A DNA stretch of 63,756 nt, counting the filler, from Phoronis australis (lineage: Eukaryota > Animalia > Phoronida): assembly GCA_002633005.1 (NCBI GenBank). It is 5 parts of 5 records of this genome, joined end to end, with 100 filler letters (N's around TTAATTAATTAA, not from the genome) between each part and the next. Parts side by side here need not be neighbours in the genome. Positions count along the whole stretch, not along the records: positions 34,196 to 41,836 come from NMRA01000228.1; positions 41,937 to 61,100 come from NMRA01000017.1; 3 more parts are not named here. One strand, given 5' to 3'. Shown piece after piece: positions 37,749 through 51,535 of the stretch (position 1 is the first letter of the stretch; each line of letters starts with the position of its first letter). Position numbers and translations under genes: made by a program. A model generated the notes under the pieces. That model worked only from the letters and a program-made list of their open reading frames with translations, was not told where the DNA came from and ran no database searches.

Positions 37749-38032
37749 TTAATGGACGAATTTTCTAGCAATTGGTAATGCTTGATAATAGCTGGTGTCG
37801 AAGGGTGCCATATTTTTTGTCCTGTTCCGGAGATGCTCATCTAAACATACTAAAACCGTGTAATCATAGGTGTAGATCAACAGCTTGTTGACGAAAAATT
37901 CCTTCCGATGCACAAGCCCTGGCAAATTGCGAAAGTCAGGTATGCAAATATCTCTCAAAATTTTTTCTCCGCAGTCTGGATCGTCCAGCCATTTGACGTG
38001 AGCGGCATGCCAAGGCACTGTATGGGGATCTC
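37749..38032 (-). CDS. GCNT: GCNT-family glycosyltransferase, terminal coding exon
   Basis: atccag| phase-1 acceptor. Encodes VKW...C...LRDICI...FFVNKL...D..VLVCLDE.L..R, matching the GCNT C-terminus. Stop at 37749-37751. Confidence 0.9.
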
Positions 38033-39186
38033 CTGGATTAGATAACAAATCACAATGAAATATTAGTACAAGCATTCTCTTCATGCTTCCAAAATCATCG
38101 TGGAAATCCCAATTCTTGTACTAGTGTACTCTTAAAATGGCTATAATCCCATTATGCATCACACAAATTAACTTTCAGTATACACCACTTGTGAGCAAAT
38201 TGGAAGCGATTCCAATGCTTTGAAATAACTGACAATTTGTTCTTTGCATGAGAGCAGGCTCTACAAGTTGGCTTGTCGCAGCACGTTATTTTATTCGCTG
38301 AATATGGTGTCCAACAATTATGAACTGTCAGTTTTTATGCAAATGCAAAAAGGGCATAGCAAAGAGTTGAGATGTACTAACAACAGTCTTTAATAGTATC
38401 ATAAAAATAACACCTACAGAGCACAGAATACTATGAACCTCAAAGACTCTGGTGGGTTTTTTCTTTTGAATTCAGCCAAAGTCAGAACTCTGACTACGAA
38501 TAGCCAAAAGTTGGTTTTTGTTTGTTGCATTTCTCCATACATTTTGTATTTTGTCTATAAGCAGCCTCTGGATAGCTGTCTTTTGACTTTGAGCTGTACA
38601 CAGATTTTTTCTGACTTTCAGCCTTAGCCTGACTTAATATGTAAAAAAGACCAAATCCATCTGTTGACTGATTTTTCACTGAAAGTCAAAAGCCAATACT
38701 TTTTTGGGCTCATATACATGATGCACATCACGAAGTCACGTGCAAAACATCGGTCTTGAGGAAAATCGGGTTCAGGACTAATTTGATAAGACATTTACTA
38801 GAACTGAATTTTCTCCGCAGAGAAATTTTAAGGTTCGCTTATATCTTGCTAAATTAAAAATGCTCAGTTTACCAAGTTACCAAAATGTTGCATAGTAGAT
38901 GCAAAACTGACAGTCGCGCTAATTCCTGGAAGCAATCTGCATCGTCATTGTTACAGATAAATTGTCATGAATTTCCAGTAAACGTCATGAAGAATGGACC
39001 TAGTCCTAGTGAATCAAACACATAAAGGCCAACATGATGGCAGTATGCACCACATATGTATACATGGGGCATCAAAGGAAGCAGTGGCAAATACTTTAAT
39101 AGCAGTGAATTTCATTTCTATGCAAAGGATACTTGAAATATTGAAATGACAGACAGCATATGATATAAAGTTCTGAAGACACGTAC

Positions 39187-40147
39187 CTGCAAAACCTCCA
39201 GGTGATTTGAATACAGGATTAACTGTTGTGAATTGTAAAGATGCCCAGAATATTTCGTCAGGACTATATGTTGGCTTGGTCCACTCAAGAAATTCTTGCA
39301 CAATAGGGTCAGTCATTACAAACTCTAGAAATGACCTCGAGAAGACATTATATGCACTTCCTTTTATCACGGTAATGTTGTGCGGTGGCTTGGTATAATT
39401 CGGACTTGCAACTGTCCATTTAAGGGATCGTGTTTCTTCATAGCGTTGTTTCCATTTGAAGTTTTGTTTCTGTGCCCGTTGATCATAAAACCCCAAAATG
39501 TCGTTCGAACCATTATAAATTTGTAAAATTTCCACTATCTCCCTATTAGTTTTCAATGGAAACATTTCTCCAGACAAGTTTATCAAATAATGCCACTTAG
39601 AGTCCCGTTCGAGTAGATCATTGAAGCAATTAAGATCAGCCTGGAGTCTGCTAAAACTTGCATAGACTATTCTTTCTAATTTTGATGCAACAAAAACATT
39701 TGCAAAACAGCTTGCTATAGCCTGAACCGAATGATGAACCTTACTATCAGCTTTTCGATCAACATGTAAACAATACATGTTCTGGGGAGCATATATGGCA
39801 CGAAGAAGTCTTTCAAATTGTTCCACGTGATTGTATAACAGAATGCTGTAAGCTATTGGGAAGCTCTCTTCCTTTCTTGATGTTGGCTTCATAGGATATT
39901 GTCGTGAGAGCAGCCAGTAGTCACAGTTCGAAATTGTTAGAGGACTGTTCCCACTTTCAAATTTTGTCCGATTCGTACTTCTGATTTCATGAGAATCGTT
40001 TGCTATGAGTTTTGCACAGTTTACCCACAGCTCCTTCAGCTGCGGTTCCAAAGATTTTGGCTTGGAGTAGACAGCACATAGTGAAACTATGGCGGCAGTA
40101 ATCACCACTAAAATCAAGCGAAACAATGTTCGTTTGTTGACTACCAT
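39187..40147 (-). CDS. GCNT: Core-2/I-branching beta-1,6-N-acetylglucosaminyltransferase (GT14), coding exon 1
   Basis: Type II TM anchor, then FPIAYSILLY...FERLLRAIYAPQNMYCLHVDRK, NVFVASKLE..YASFSRLQADLNC, WHYLINLSG..FPLKTN, KGSAY, YSPDEIFWA and PGG. Donor GCAG|GTACGT after 39187. Confidence 0.95.
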
Positions 40148-42623
40148 GTGCCGAAAGAGACATTTCGAAATGCCTTTCCATGGAAATCTGAAAAAGAAAC
40201 AGATTATAATCCTGGGTCACAAATCTATAAATTACTACCAGCAGACTCAAGCCACATCCATGCTCATATTGTAATACACGACAAGCCATTTTTATACTAC
40301 TTGCGCCAAGTGATATGACGTCATATTCCCTGGCACGAGTAATGCAAAAATGGCCAGTTGCCAATTTGGGCAACTGAATGAAGGACTGCTCGAAAAAAGT
40401 TTGAGTGCGGGAGTACTTGTTCAAGCTAAGAAGAGTTTAGCCAACCTGTTAGCTGACTGACTATCGTCAAAATATATTAGAAGGCCTATACAGCTTTGCA
40501 CCAAGCCTCCAATTCTCCAAATCCAAGGCAAGGCTAGCTACGCAGAGTAAATAAAGACATCGGCTTTCTAGGTGTGCCTTTGAGTGCAAAATGGTCCTTA
40601 TAGCAACATTCCATAATATTGATGGTTTTATCAGTGTGAGGCATAATTCGACGAAAACGGAAAAGCTTCGGGCGTATGGAGGGCTAGGGAATTAGGCTAC
40701 ATCGCCCTGGATGCCGCAGTGGAGTTGGAATTCTTCTCCAAAGTCACCTTAATTCTAGTAGATATGCTTCATTGAAGATATGTGTAGAAGTAGAAAGAAC
40801 CACTGAAGAAAGTAAGCTCATTTTTAAGTGATAGTTTTAAATATAGAGTGTATTTTTGACGAGGTGAAAACTCAAAATCGGTGGCCGGATTTGGCCTACC
40901 GCCCGTTTTAAGTCCAAGAAGAACACGCTGTTAACCCCTATTACATGATTAGAGGATGTTATAAGGATCCAGGAAGTACCTACCCCATAACTAATACACA
41001 ATCCGTAACCGAATAAAGTTTAAATAAACGCGCCACTCACGATTCGGACCACAGACATCACGTAGTATTACCGTAAGATGTCTACAACACCGCCATTCTG
41101 AACTTACCGCGAACCCGAAAATAATCGACAACGCGCCTTAAAGGCCTAGTATGGTGCCAACGACTATTTTTACATATAAAATACATTTATTGATGAAAAA
41201 CATCAAAATACTGTGTCATAGCATACCCCAGTCGTTAATTAAGTAGGCCTTCGACAATACAGTAGCCCCATCACGAACCGCATTTAGCGCCCAAAAAAAA
41301 TTGAGACGGCGCTTGCACTAATCGAAGTCTATGACATCATGGTTACAACGAATTTGGCTTTCACTGTGTCTCTAGAGTATTGGAATCGGAGATGACTGGC
41401 CATTTAATTTAGTGCAAAATACGTGGAAAATCAAGGGAACACATTAATTTTTCATTTCCTGTCAATATTAAAATTAATCAAAATCACTTCCTTTAGAATT
41501 ATTATTCAATTATTTAGCACGCATTCTAATATGGGGCCCGTATGGGAATCCCCAGGAGTGTGACTGGGGCAGTCGAAACAGCCAGAAATAAAAAACGCTT
41601 CGTCTGAATTGTTATCATCAATTTCACAATGTTTATTATAAAGTGTAATTTGTTTGATAAAAACTTTGATGTTAGGAACTTTCCATTCATGTCTTTTTGA
41701 AGCCGAAGGTATGAACTCTGCGGGATTACAATACGGACGGCTGACGAGTGTGTGTCCCGTATTGGTATAGACTACAATAGCATAGGCGGATTTAGGGGGG
41801 GGGCCCAGGGGGCCCGGGCCCCCCCCCCTTGGCTGCNNNNNNNNNNNNNNNNNNNNNNNNNNNNNNNNNNNNNNNNNNNNTTAATTAATTAANNNNNNNN
41901 NNNNNNNNNNNNNNNNNNNNNNNNNNNNNNNNNNNNAATAAGAAATAACACTATCAAACTAACATATTAAGAATTATATATGTATCATGAATGTCACAGA
42001 TTTCATGACACTACCACCGCATGACGGCGTTTTCTCGTTCAGACCAGACGTAGAGGGGTGTGAGCATGTGATAATATCTAGCTTCTTTGTTAACTGCCAA
42101 GCTCAGCTTTTTGTCTGGTATGACAAAGGCAGGCCAATTATCACGCCCCTTATTACAGACTACATGTGAACACTGTTATTCGAGAAGAATAGATTGTTGT
42201 GACTTCGGTTGTAGTTGGACGATTTTGGGGATTCAAAAACTAAACATGATCACCATTTGACGAGGATTTCAGAAATGCTATTGGTTTATGTTCAAATATG
42301 TCATAACTTAACTTTTATTTTTAGCAGCACAGTCCAGTAAGGCTTATTCAGGAGATTAGGGCAATTATCGAACAAAAGAGAACTGGCTCTCCAAACATAA
42401 ATGCCAGAATGGAGTTAATCAGTCGTGTATTGGCTACAGGTGTCATCTTCCCAACTTGTGGTTGTGCTATAGAATCGAACCAGTTGGGAGCAACGGGAAG
42501 ACGCCGTGATGGTGTTCTCTCTCACTGGATCCCTACCTCGCTGGTTCCCTGCGTGCCGCTAGGTGGTCAGTAGCCAGCGTGCTGACTAGGCTCGTAGGGA
42601 ACCAGTGAGGTTCCCGTAAGAAT

Positions 42624-43504
42624 GGAGAATCTTGACCAAGCACCTTGACCTACATTCCGCTCCGGCTAACGTCACACGGACGGTGTAAAATTCTCCACAG
42701 GTCACGAGAGTTCATAAACCAGAAAGTGTATGTCCCTGATGAGTGGCGTATTTGTGTGGAAAAAATCTTTGTGTCCGACGTTGAATCAACTCTAATTGTT
42801 TAAAACCCCTTTTGTAATGATTATTTATAACTATTAAAAGAATTAAGATGACAGCGTTCAGAAAATCTACGCTGTTGAGTTGACCATGGTGACCTGGCAG
42901 GCGACATATAAGTCGGTCAAATAAACAACTTTTTCTTCAATCGTCTAGTGTTTCAGCGAACTCATTGGTCGGTACTTGTCGCAACGTTCACCCGATAAAC
43001 GCCATATAATAAATTATTTCACCGTACGGTAAATCGCAATTTCAACGACATAAGTCTCAGTTGGGGTTCGGGCAAACACGACTGATGAGTGAGTGTCCCC
43101 ACTTGACACCAGGTGAATTAGGGTAACGGAAATTAATCCTTTATGTCATTATTTGTGAATTATACATGATGTGCATGGTTTTATGCTTTTTAGATGTTTT
43201 CGGTCTTCAGTGTTTCGTTAGCCAATAGCGGTCCACTAGCAGACACAACGGTAGCTGATCGGGTGCTTCTCGAAGCGGTTGTCATTATGTAGGCCTACTA
43301 TCAACACTAAGGCAAAAGAGACTGGTTTCAATGTATATATAAAGTATCAATTTAAGGATCTGAACACAGCTACTAGGCGTACTACAAACATGTTGGTGGC
43401 CCTGATTAATAACAGCTGACAGTATAAACAATGAGTAAAGCACTAAGCTAATCAAGGTACAACGGCGGTGTGAAGTAGGTCAAGGTGCTTGGTCAAGATT
43501 CTCC
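42624..43504. mobile_element. Non-autonomous DNA element with a perfect 30-bp inverted repeat
   Basis: GGAGAATCTTGACCAAGCACCTTGACCTAC (42624-42653) is inverted at 43475-43504. The true termini may extend slightly further out. Confidence 0.75.
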
Positions 43505-44262
43505 GGCCCATTCTGCCGTAGGCAGATTCCCAACCTCCATGACGTCGTTTTTCCCGTTCAGTGATTTTACCAGACGTAGAGGGGTGAGCCTGCTGTGATA
43601 ACGTCTAGCTCTTTTGGTAACTGCCAAGCACAGTCTCGTTTTAAATGATATGACAGCATGCAGGCCAATTATCTACCAGGCTTATTACAGACCACGAGCG
43701 AGTTAATTGGTACATTCGGAAAGAATAGATTGGCGTAACTTAGGTTGTAGTTGGGCCATTTTGGCGATTCAAAAACTAAACACGATCACAATTTTAGTGA
43801 AGAGGATTTGAGAAATTGGTTTATGTTCAAATATGTTATAACTTAACTTTTATTTCTAACAGCACAGCCCATGGCTCTAGATAGGGTCTTATTGGAGATT
43901 AGAGCCATTATCGAACAAAAGACAGCTGGCCCACCAGAATGGAGTTCATCAGTCGTGTAAGTTATTGGCTACAGGGGTCATCTTCTCAACTAGTTGTTGT
44001 GCTATCATCGAACAAGTTGGGAGCAACGGGAAAACGCCGTAATTGCGGTGGTTCTCTGCGTGCTTAGTCAGCACGCAGGTATCACGCAGAGTTGCGCGCT
44101 TTAGTATTGGTTGATGTAACCTCAGAAGTCATTGGTTAGCTTTACAACACCGTGAAAAAATGGCGGACTGTAAACGATTTTAGCCTTGTCATGTAAGTGG
44201 CGTAGCAGCAACTATTTCGTTTCTGCAGTGATGTTTAATAGCCGCGTGCTTGAAGCACATAC

Positions 44263-44513
44263 CATGCGCGCACCCAGCCTTCAATATGGGGGGCTAGAAT
44301 TCCTGACGATGTGGGCCTTTTGGTAACAAAAAAACGTGCGGACTAAAAAAAAAAAAAAAAAACGGGCGCACCACCGTGAACTGCGCGTTTGTGCTTGTTT
44401 AGTGGACTCATTTTCTCGGTCTTTTTGTTTCTCAGGGGCCGACCTTTTTACCCACTATGCCAAATGGGAGGACTCGTTCGAGCCCCCGAGCCCCCCCCCC
44501 GGGTGCGCGCATG
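44263..44513 (+). mobile_element. MITE with 13-bp TIR and a 5-bp flanking duplication; partial inverted copy at ~52282-52403
   Basis: CATGCGCGCACCC...GGGTGCGCGCATG flanked by CATAC on both sides. Confidence 0.75.
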
Positions 44514-45175
44514 CATACATGTACAATAAACACATATCAGGCCGATTTAACCGGTGTGGTCATAGTATTCATACGGTATAAATACAAGACAGTATCGTAA
44601 ATAAAAGTCATCGACAGTAGATACATGTACTCCGCCGGAAAAAGCGCAATCAAAATTTCGAGGATTCACATTTCCTGAACATAATCGCAGGGTAGCAGTC
44701 GGCATAGATGGTGCTGGTGGAAGGGTCCTCTAATGGGTTTTTGAGACGAGTTGCCCTGCCGGGGCTTTGGAGGAACAATGAATAAAATTTTATGCTCGCA
44801 AGGTTTCCAGCACAACTGGTGCGACACTGACGAGACATGAACTTGAAAACTAAGCGACATCCGAGCAGAAGACGAAAAGTAATGATACAATCTAGTGTTT
44901 ACTGGCAGTAATATGTTTTATGCATCTCGGCAAAAAGGGTGGCAAACGGAAATGTCAGATTTAACTGGTGGGCTTGGGAAATTAACTTCCCTTTAAAGGA
45001 GATAGGGATCCTCGCAAAATCTTTAAGAATTCTATTTTACCAAACAATAATCATCACAAAAATGCGTTTTTCGGCCCTGAAATATATCGTGTCTCTTAAA
45101 AGAGATATATTTGTTTCAATATTTACTACAAAAAAACTCAGAGGAGATAAATTTCATTAAAAGCAACTAACTTAC

Positions 45176-45212
45176 GTTCTTGACAAATCCCAGTTCAAGG
45201 GGTTATCGGCAG
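45176..45212 (-). CDS. LLTP-like gene, 37-nt exon 3
   Basis: ttacag| phase-1 acceptor, (A)ADNPLNWDLSR(T), AC|GTAAGT donor, phase 2. The phases chain with exons 1 and 2. Confidence 0.6.
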
Positions 45213-45609
45213 CTGTAAAATTGACAAGAAAACAACTACATTTTATTTCAACAGACATGTCTACCACAGGAACTACGTTCTGGTAGACAAACGAGGTACT
45301 CAAAAATACCAAATATTGAATTTACCCAACGGCATGTGAACTGCACGCCGGACTGAACCTGCATTGTATAGTGATTCTAACTGATCAACTATGAAAAATG
45401 CGCACCTTGCGTACGGATCTTGGGTATACTTCAAAATTCAAGCGAATGATACTTAAAGCGTGAAAAGCCGACGGTTGGCTGAATAAATTACTAAAAACGG
45501 AATACAAACAGAATGGGCTGATTCTACAAGCGGTCACACCTCTTCCTCTAAATTCGCTTATGCACACTAATGAATGCCACATGAACTACGCATCCAGGAT
45601 ATGCATTAC

Positions 45610-45700
45610 CTTGTCCATCTTGAGTCCTTTGGAAGAAACTGTCCACTAACAGTTGATTAAAGTCACCATTCTCCGTTTTATTCAGGTGTCGAATTCGGAT
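45610..45700 (-). CDS. LLTP-like gene, exon 2
   Basis: ttgcag| phase-0 acceptor, open frame IRIRHLNKTENGDFNQLLVDSFFQRTQDGQ, AAG|GTAATG donor, phase 1. Confidence 0.65.
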
Positions 45701-46785
45701 CTGCAACATTCAATTTCAAACGTTCTTGGCCTTAATACTGACACTGAGATAGGCCCATGTTGGTATCATCAGCAAGGGAAACTTAAACCATGTATTGATT
45801 TACATTAACTGCACGAAAATAGTCCCTCCCTGTTAATGTCTTCCTGGTGAAATATGATACAATGAGCACGGTGTTTCCGCCTCCGCCGATTTGCAGGAAA
45901 GTTTAATTTTGTGGACATGTCAGGTTTTAGATTTTCCTTCAATAAGTCAGAGACAGTGGTTTTACACAAAATACAACATTTGCTTTGTATACTTATCTGA
46001 TATACTGCCACTATAAGCAAAAGTTAGTAAAACTTCATTTTGTAGTTTAGCGCATCAGGATTTGTGCACTAATAACTTTTGAAGAAAATCGATATCCACA
46101 AACACAAACAAATATAGAATCGTGGATTTCAAAACTATTTTCTCTAAAAGTTACTTTCCAAAACGTCAAACTGTCAATGTACTAGCATTAAAATTTTTGT
46201 CTGAATAAATGCTCATAAATAATTGTTAGCTGACAAACCCCGGCCATCCGCAGATGTATGCTTGTTTCACCTAAGCATACCTCTGGATGAGGAAGTGAAG
46301 ACAAAACATCAACTTTTTATACAGACTTAAGTCTATCATTAAGTGTACATAATATGTACAAAATTTCTGGTCGGCCACAGGGTTAGAAAACATACATATT
46401 GTACATAATCAGGCTGGGCCAAATAAAGAAAGTGGACACTTTTAATCCTGTGGCAACTTTCTATCTCTGGTCAGTGATAGGTCAAATTCTATTGAAATCT
46501 GTTACTTAAACTTCTTGGGTAGAACAACAAATACTCTAGCTTTCAGACATTTATTGGTCGTGACGTCTGGTTTAAGATTATTTGATATCTCTAGAGCTCA
46601 GAAACATTTACTACTGTTGTAAGTAATCCAACACGAGCGTACGGTAGTACTTGCGCACGCGAAGTGTCCTGGTATGAGAATAAATGAGCTCAGAGATAGA
46701 TGGTGCTACTTTCTCTCTGAACTGAAAGATGATCATTTGTATCTCTGTGATCAAGGTCAGACGCTGGTGTTATCATGACTATTTA

Positions 46786-47785
46786 TACCTTTCCCATTGC
46801 CTACGAAACTTCGGAACTACCAAAGCTTCGGTCAGTGGGAACACTTAACTTCGGTTTTTATGGAAGGTAACAGCGCTAGTTAACCCCGAAATTAAGAGGT
46901 GGATTTAACAACGAAACGTCGACGCTTCGGTATAATGAGAACACTAAACTTCGATGCTATCGAAGTTGTCGGTAGGATCACTGCGTTAATTTACCAACAG
47001 CGTGCGTAACTGATTAATATTTATTAATATTTTGTCCTAATATTTGTTATGTTGACAGTATAAGTATTCTGTTTCAAGTTTTCACGTGCTTGTATTCTTT
47101 CCTTTTTACGTAGTCCTACACATTCTTCAATTCTATTCCTCTCCTTTCGTGCGTCCCTGCGGATGGGCATGAGCTGACATACTATATCTCTTGTGGCGCT
47201 CTTCATTTGTCCATCTTACCAGAGATTAGTATTTTTTACCTTACTTATGTTTAGTCACTACCTATTACTTGTAATTGTATAAGTCATATAACTGACCTTA
47301 ATTGTAATTGTATTTGTAATATAATTGACCTTACTTGTAATTGTATTAGTCATAATAAATGACCTTATATCGCCTACCAAGGTCTTGTTTTCATCTCTGG
47401 TAACGAGCTTGCGACGCACGAACTATTATACATCATTCGGGACATATGTCGATCATAAAAAAATCACTGAACGTTTTGAGTGCGCAAAACGAGTTCCCGC
47501 CAAACGTCATAGTGCCTTTACTCGGATCTGCCGCAAGCCTCAAGACTTGCATTTTTTATGGCAAGGACAAAAACAATAAGGTGTACGAACGTATACAAGC
47601 TCAATCAGATAAATAAATTTGATAAAGCTCACTGTACAGACCAAGATCATATTAGCGTCGCCTTGCGATAACTTCGCCGAACTATAACTTCGAAGTTGAT
47701 GTGAACACTCACGCGAACTTCGACGTTAACCACAGTTAACATCGAAGCATCGATAGTAACGAAGCTAACATGTATGGGAAATGGC
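46786..47785. mobile_element. PIF/Harbinger-like non-autonomous element
   Basis: Ends CCTTTCCCAT...ATGGGAAATGGC with TTA flanks and many subterminal CTTCG/CGAAG motifs. Internal ~33-bp tandem repeat at ~47252-47369. Confidence 0.55.
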
Positions 47786-49011
47786 TTAAAGCTCAAATAA
47801 AAGTGCATCTCCAGAAGGTGTTATTCAGGAAAAAAGTTAACAATTTGCACACTCTTCGCTACTAATTTGATGTCCCACAATGATGAAGGCCATTATGTTG
47901 TAAATTTCGGACTGTAATGTTGCTATTCAAGTTCATTTACAATGAAAATTCTGAGATACGGTGGACCTTTATCACGTGGTCTCTCGTTATGTCACAAAAG
48001 ACAACCAAAGTCATTTTTGATTAAATTCTGACTTTCCAATTATTGGAGTCACCGGATAGCTACTGAGTTATTCATCATCATGCTCGTTGTCGAAATCTTG
48101 GACAGTGGATTGGCAGTGGTGGAGGGGGAAGGGGACTGGGGGTATGAAGCTCCCACTTATATCATTATGCGCCCAATAAACGCAACTTTGGGATTATCGT
48201 TGTTGGCATTGACTTCTTGAAGTTGCTGCCTTTTACCAAAGATATAAAAGAACGTGATATATGTGGCCACTGTTTTCTCAGCGATTCCCTGTCTTCGGGT
48301 TAGTAATGAAAAAAGACACGCAGTTATCCTATCGATATACCGGCGTATCGTAGGACAGGTTTTTTGATATCTCGGATCAGACGATTTCCAGTACATTCAA
48401 CAGAATCCATCTGGCGAGCCATTGGCGTAGCAAGCGTTCATGCACTCACTTATAAATCACATATAAAACTACTTTCTTCTAAAACATTTAAATACTCAAT
48501 TTGAACGTATTCAGAAACAAATTTGATTTGATGTGGTGATTGCATCAGGTGATTGCATCAAGACAATGAAAAACACAAAATATTTTACGGTTCCTGTGGG
48601 TAGCCTACCGGTAGCCCACCGGTGATGTGGGAGGATATGTTTGATTTGTAAGCTTAAAGTGACATAGAACGCGAAAAACATACCGAATTACATTATTCAA
48701 GGTGGTTCTCTGCCACGGTCAATAGTCAAATTGTTCATCAGATATGTTTACAGTTTATTCGTAAAGATTATGAGTTTCTGTTGACGTCAAAATATTTTCA
48801 TTTACTTTCCAATTTAAAAAAAATGCCAACTGCTTGTCACTTCGTCGATATCCCTCTTACAAGGCGAAGCACGTCTCCATATTTGGTATGGCAATACAGC
48901 ACATTTCCCTAATACGGAAAATGTGACCTTACCTTTGATGTAAACAAAAATTATAACGGTTGAACACTTGGGAGAAATGTTTACTGGGTAATTCCTTGAG
49001 TGCAGTGCGAG

Positions 49012-49014
<3 letters not shown>

Positions 49015-49054
<40 letters not shown>
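49015..49054. repeat. (AT)n microsatellite
   Basis: Direct reading; one G interruption. Confidence 0.95.
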
Positions 49055-49055
<1 letters not shown>

Positions 49056-51535
49056 AACTGTATTGGAATGAAGGAAGTTATATTTCGTTTGTTTTTCAAA
49101 ACTAGTGAATAGGAGGATTTTCCAGAAATTCAAAGTGAATAACTTCGCATCCCATGAAGTAGATTCACCACGGTCTGCTAAACAGATATTTTTGTGCGTT
49201 TTCAATTTTCAGGCCTCTTAACAGGTAACTAAATAACAATGACGGGGATGGCAATTTGTGGGGCAGAACTGTTGGACACCGTGGCCAGGGATAATTTGTT
49301 GGGATAAAATGGTGGGAAATCAGCGAGGTGAATTTGTGCATCAAAAAGTTTGGCTACACCTCATTGGCGGATCTATGATGTCATACGGAGGGGAATCACA
49401 ATTTATTTTCGAACAAAAATGTCCGTTTAGCCCCTAAAAATGGCCGACAGTGTTTTTCCGTCCTATAAATGGGGGAGACGTCCGCCTGTGCACCTCAGCA
49501 AGTTCATACTTCAGTCACCTTCCTTTCGAATGGGAATTGCCGTAAAATTGCCAAAAGTATGAGTGTCACTATTTGTTTATGCTCCTGTTGACTCCATTCA
49601 TGCATAATTTTATGTTTTGGAAATCTTATGTCCCGATGGGTTATTTTATTATGGTTTGAGAACAAAGTGTCGGGCAGACAACCCAATACCTTATTTAAAC
49701 TTAGCGTGAAAGCATCCAGCATTGTCTTTCAGGACTGGCTAGATGCTCAGTTGCAGTGGGACACCGCACAAGGGACATAAAGTAACAAGCACTCAATAGG
49801 AAAATGTTATTGAAATCTTTGAATTCATTAAAGTCATGACGTAAGAATTTGAAAACACGTACAAGCGCCGTATTCATTACCAGTAATCGGGGACAAAGTT
49901 GTACATAGTAGGCGCTATTGGTTTCGTTGACAGGCACTGCGTTGTTAGACGACGTAACGGGAGGATTACTAAGATTACTAACTACTAAACACCAATCAAT
50001 GCCCAAAAACCAGAAAGAAAGAAACAGCATACAGGAGAAGCCGAACGAAAAGTAAGAAATGTGAATTATTTGTCTGAATAAATTAATTGAGGCATTTCGG
50101 TAGTAAGTCTGGACAGCTTAACCCGTTTTCAAATTACCCTATGATCAAGTGACCCTATAGACCAGGAAGTAAAATGGTATGGGGTATCAAGTAAAACCCT
50201 TGGTTCAGTGAGGTAGCCTGTCTTCTACAAATGTCCCAACTTTCGTCTTCACGTTTCAGAAAAAGTAACCATGCTGCAACGAGTTCCGCCAAAATGTTTT
50301 ATCAGTCACAATTTCACCTCAAATCACAAATGTTTTTTCTAGACTAGTGAAATAAATCTATCCAAAATGATGATGATTAAGTTACGTTTAGCTCAAGCCG
50401 ATAATTCATAGCAACCAAGAATTCAGTGTTGTTATTGGAAAATTTTTCTCGTTTGTAAGTTTTTACCTATGGTCTGAAAGCTGGAATTTTTTGTGCTCAC
50501 AGAAGCGTGCAATGATTAACGGGATTCCACACGAATTCAAAATACGTGAGCATGACTCCGGCCCAACGATGGCATAATTTGCAAAGATTCCGTAGAAAAG
50601 TGAACGTCCATGAACATGCATGCTGGCAAATAACGATCGTCTTGCAAGGCGTACAGTATATGACTCATTCAAAATTTAATTGTGAGTTCGTGACACACAA
50701 AGTGCCTGGATGAATGGGGACTAAAATAATAACCCTGGGACGGTACACTTTATTTCCTTGTATGGTTAACCTAGGAACAAAAGCGCTGTCTGATATAAAC
50801 GAGCTCGCACGGGGCTATCTACACCCATGGCCATGCACACAAATACGACATACCGTAAAATTATGTATTATAACTAATATTGTTAGATAAAACTTCTTCA
50901 CGAAGGTAACATTCTCAGTTTTCTCAGTGAAAAATATGCCACTTTTAATGGAGGTGACTATAATAACGAGATCACGGTAAAATAAGTTTATGTTGTATTG
51001 ACTAATCAGGCATCGGAAAGTGAAAAATATCCAAAATAAAAGTTAATCCTATTTGGTTAATTCTAAGCTGCTTCAGAGATTCAATAAGGTTGAGAAGAGT
51101 CAGTGGAATGTTATGCATGTCGATCACTCAAGAGCATCGGATAAAAACGTTTCAATATTAACAGCTGTGTCGATTCCATAAACGCTTCTGGTGGAGACGA
51201 CTCGGTATCGGCGGTTACCGCATGACACCGCATAAACTATACACGAGGTCAATAACAAACAATCGAACAGTTTCATAGTCTACAACTTTGGTTATACAAA
51301 AGTTAAATCTAACCCTCGACAAGTTACGATGCCACAACATAACCGTCCCATCAGCCAGTTAATCAGACAAAAGGTAATATTCGTGTGGCGTGCCATGATG
51401 CACACTCTGAGGTCTGACTGAAACAAATAAACGCAAAAAACAATATTCTCTGGTCAGGTTTTCAATAAACTACTTTAAGTCGAAAAATGGCTGTACATGC
51501 AAATCGAAAGTGAAAACGTAAGTTCAGATTCTTAC

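Noticed and set aside
39014-39186. C-terminal extension of the 377-aa GCNT ORF
   Set aside because: Read-through into the intron; homology resumes in the 37749-38032 exon.
23259-40147. WSC plus GT14 as a split xylosyltransferase-like unit
   Set aside because: Opposite strands, two gaps between them, and the GT14 has its own TM anchor and GCNT motifs; proximity alone is not evidence.
49701-50030. 109-aa ORF as an additional exon or gene
   Set aside because: No recognisable motif or convincing splice pair; the flanking exons already chain in phase without it.
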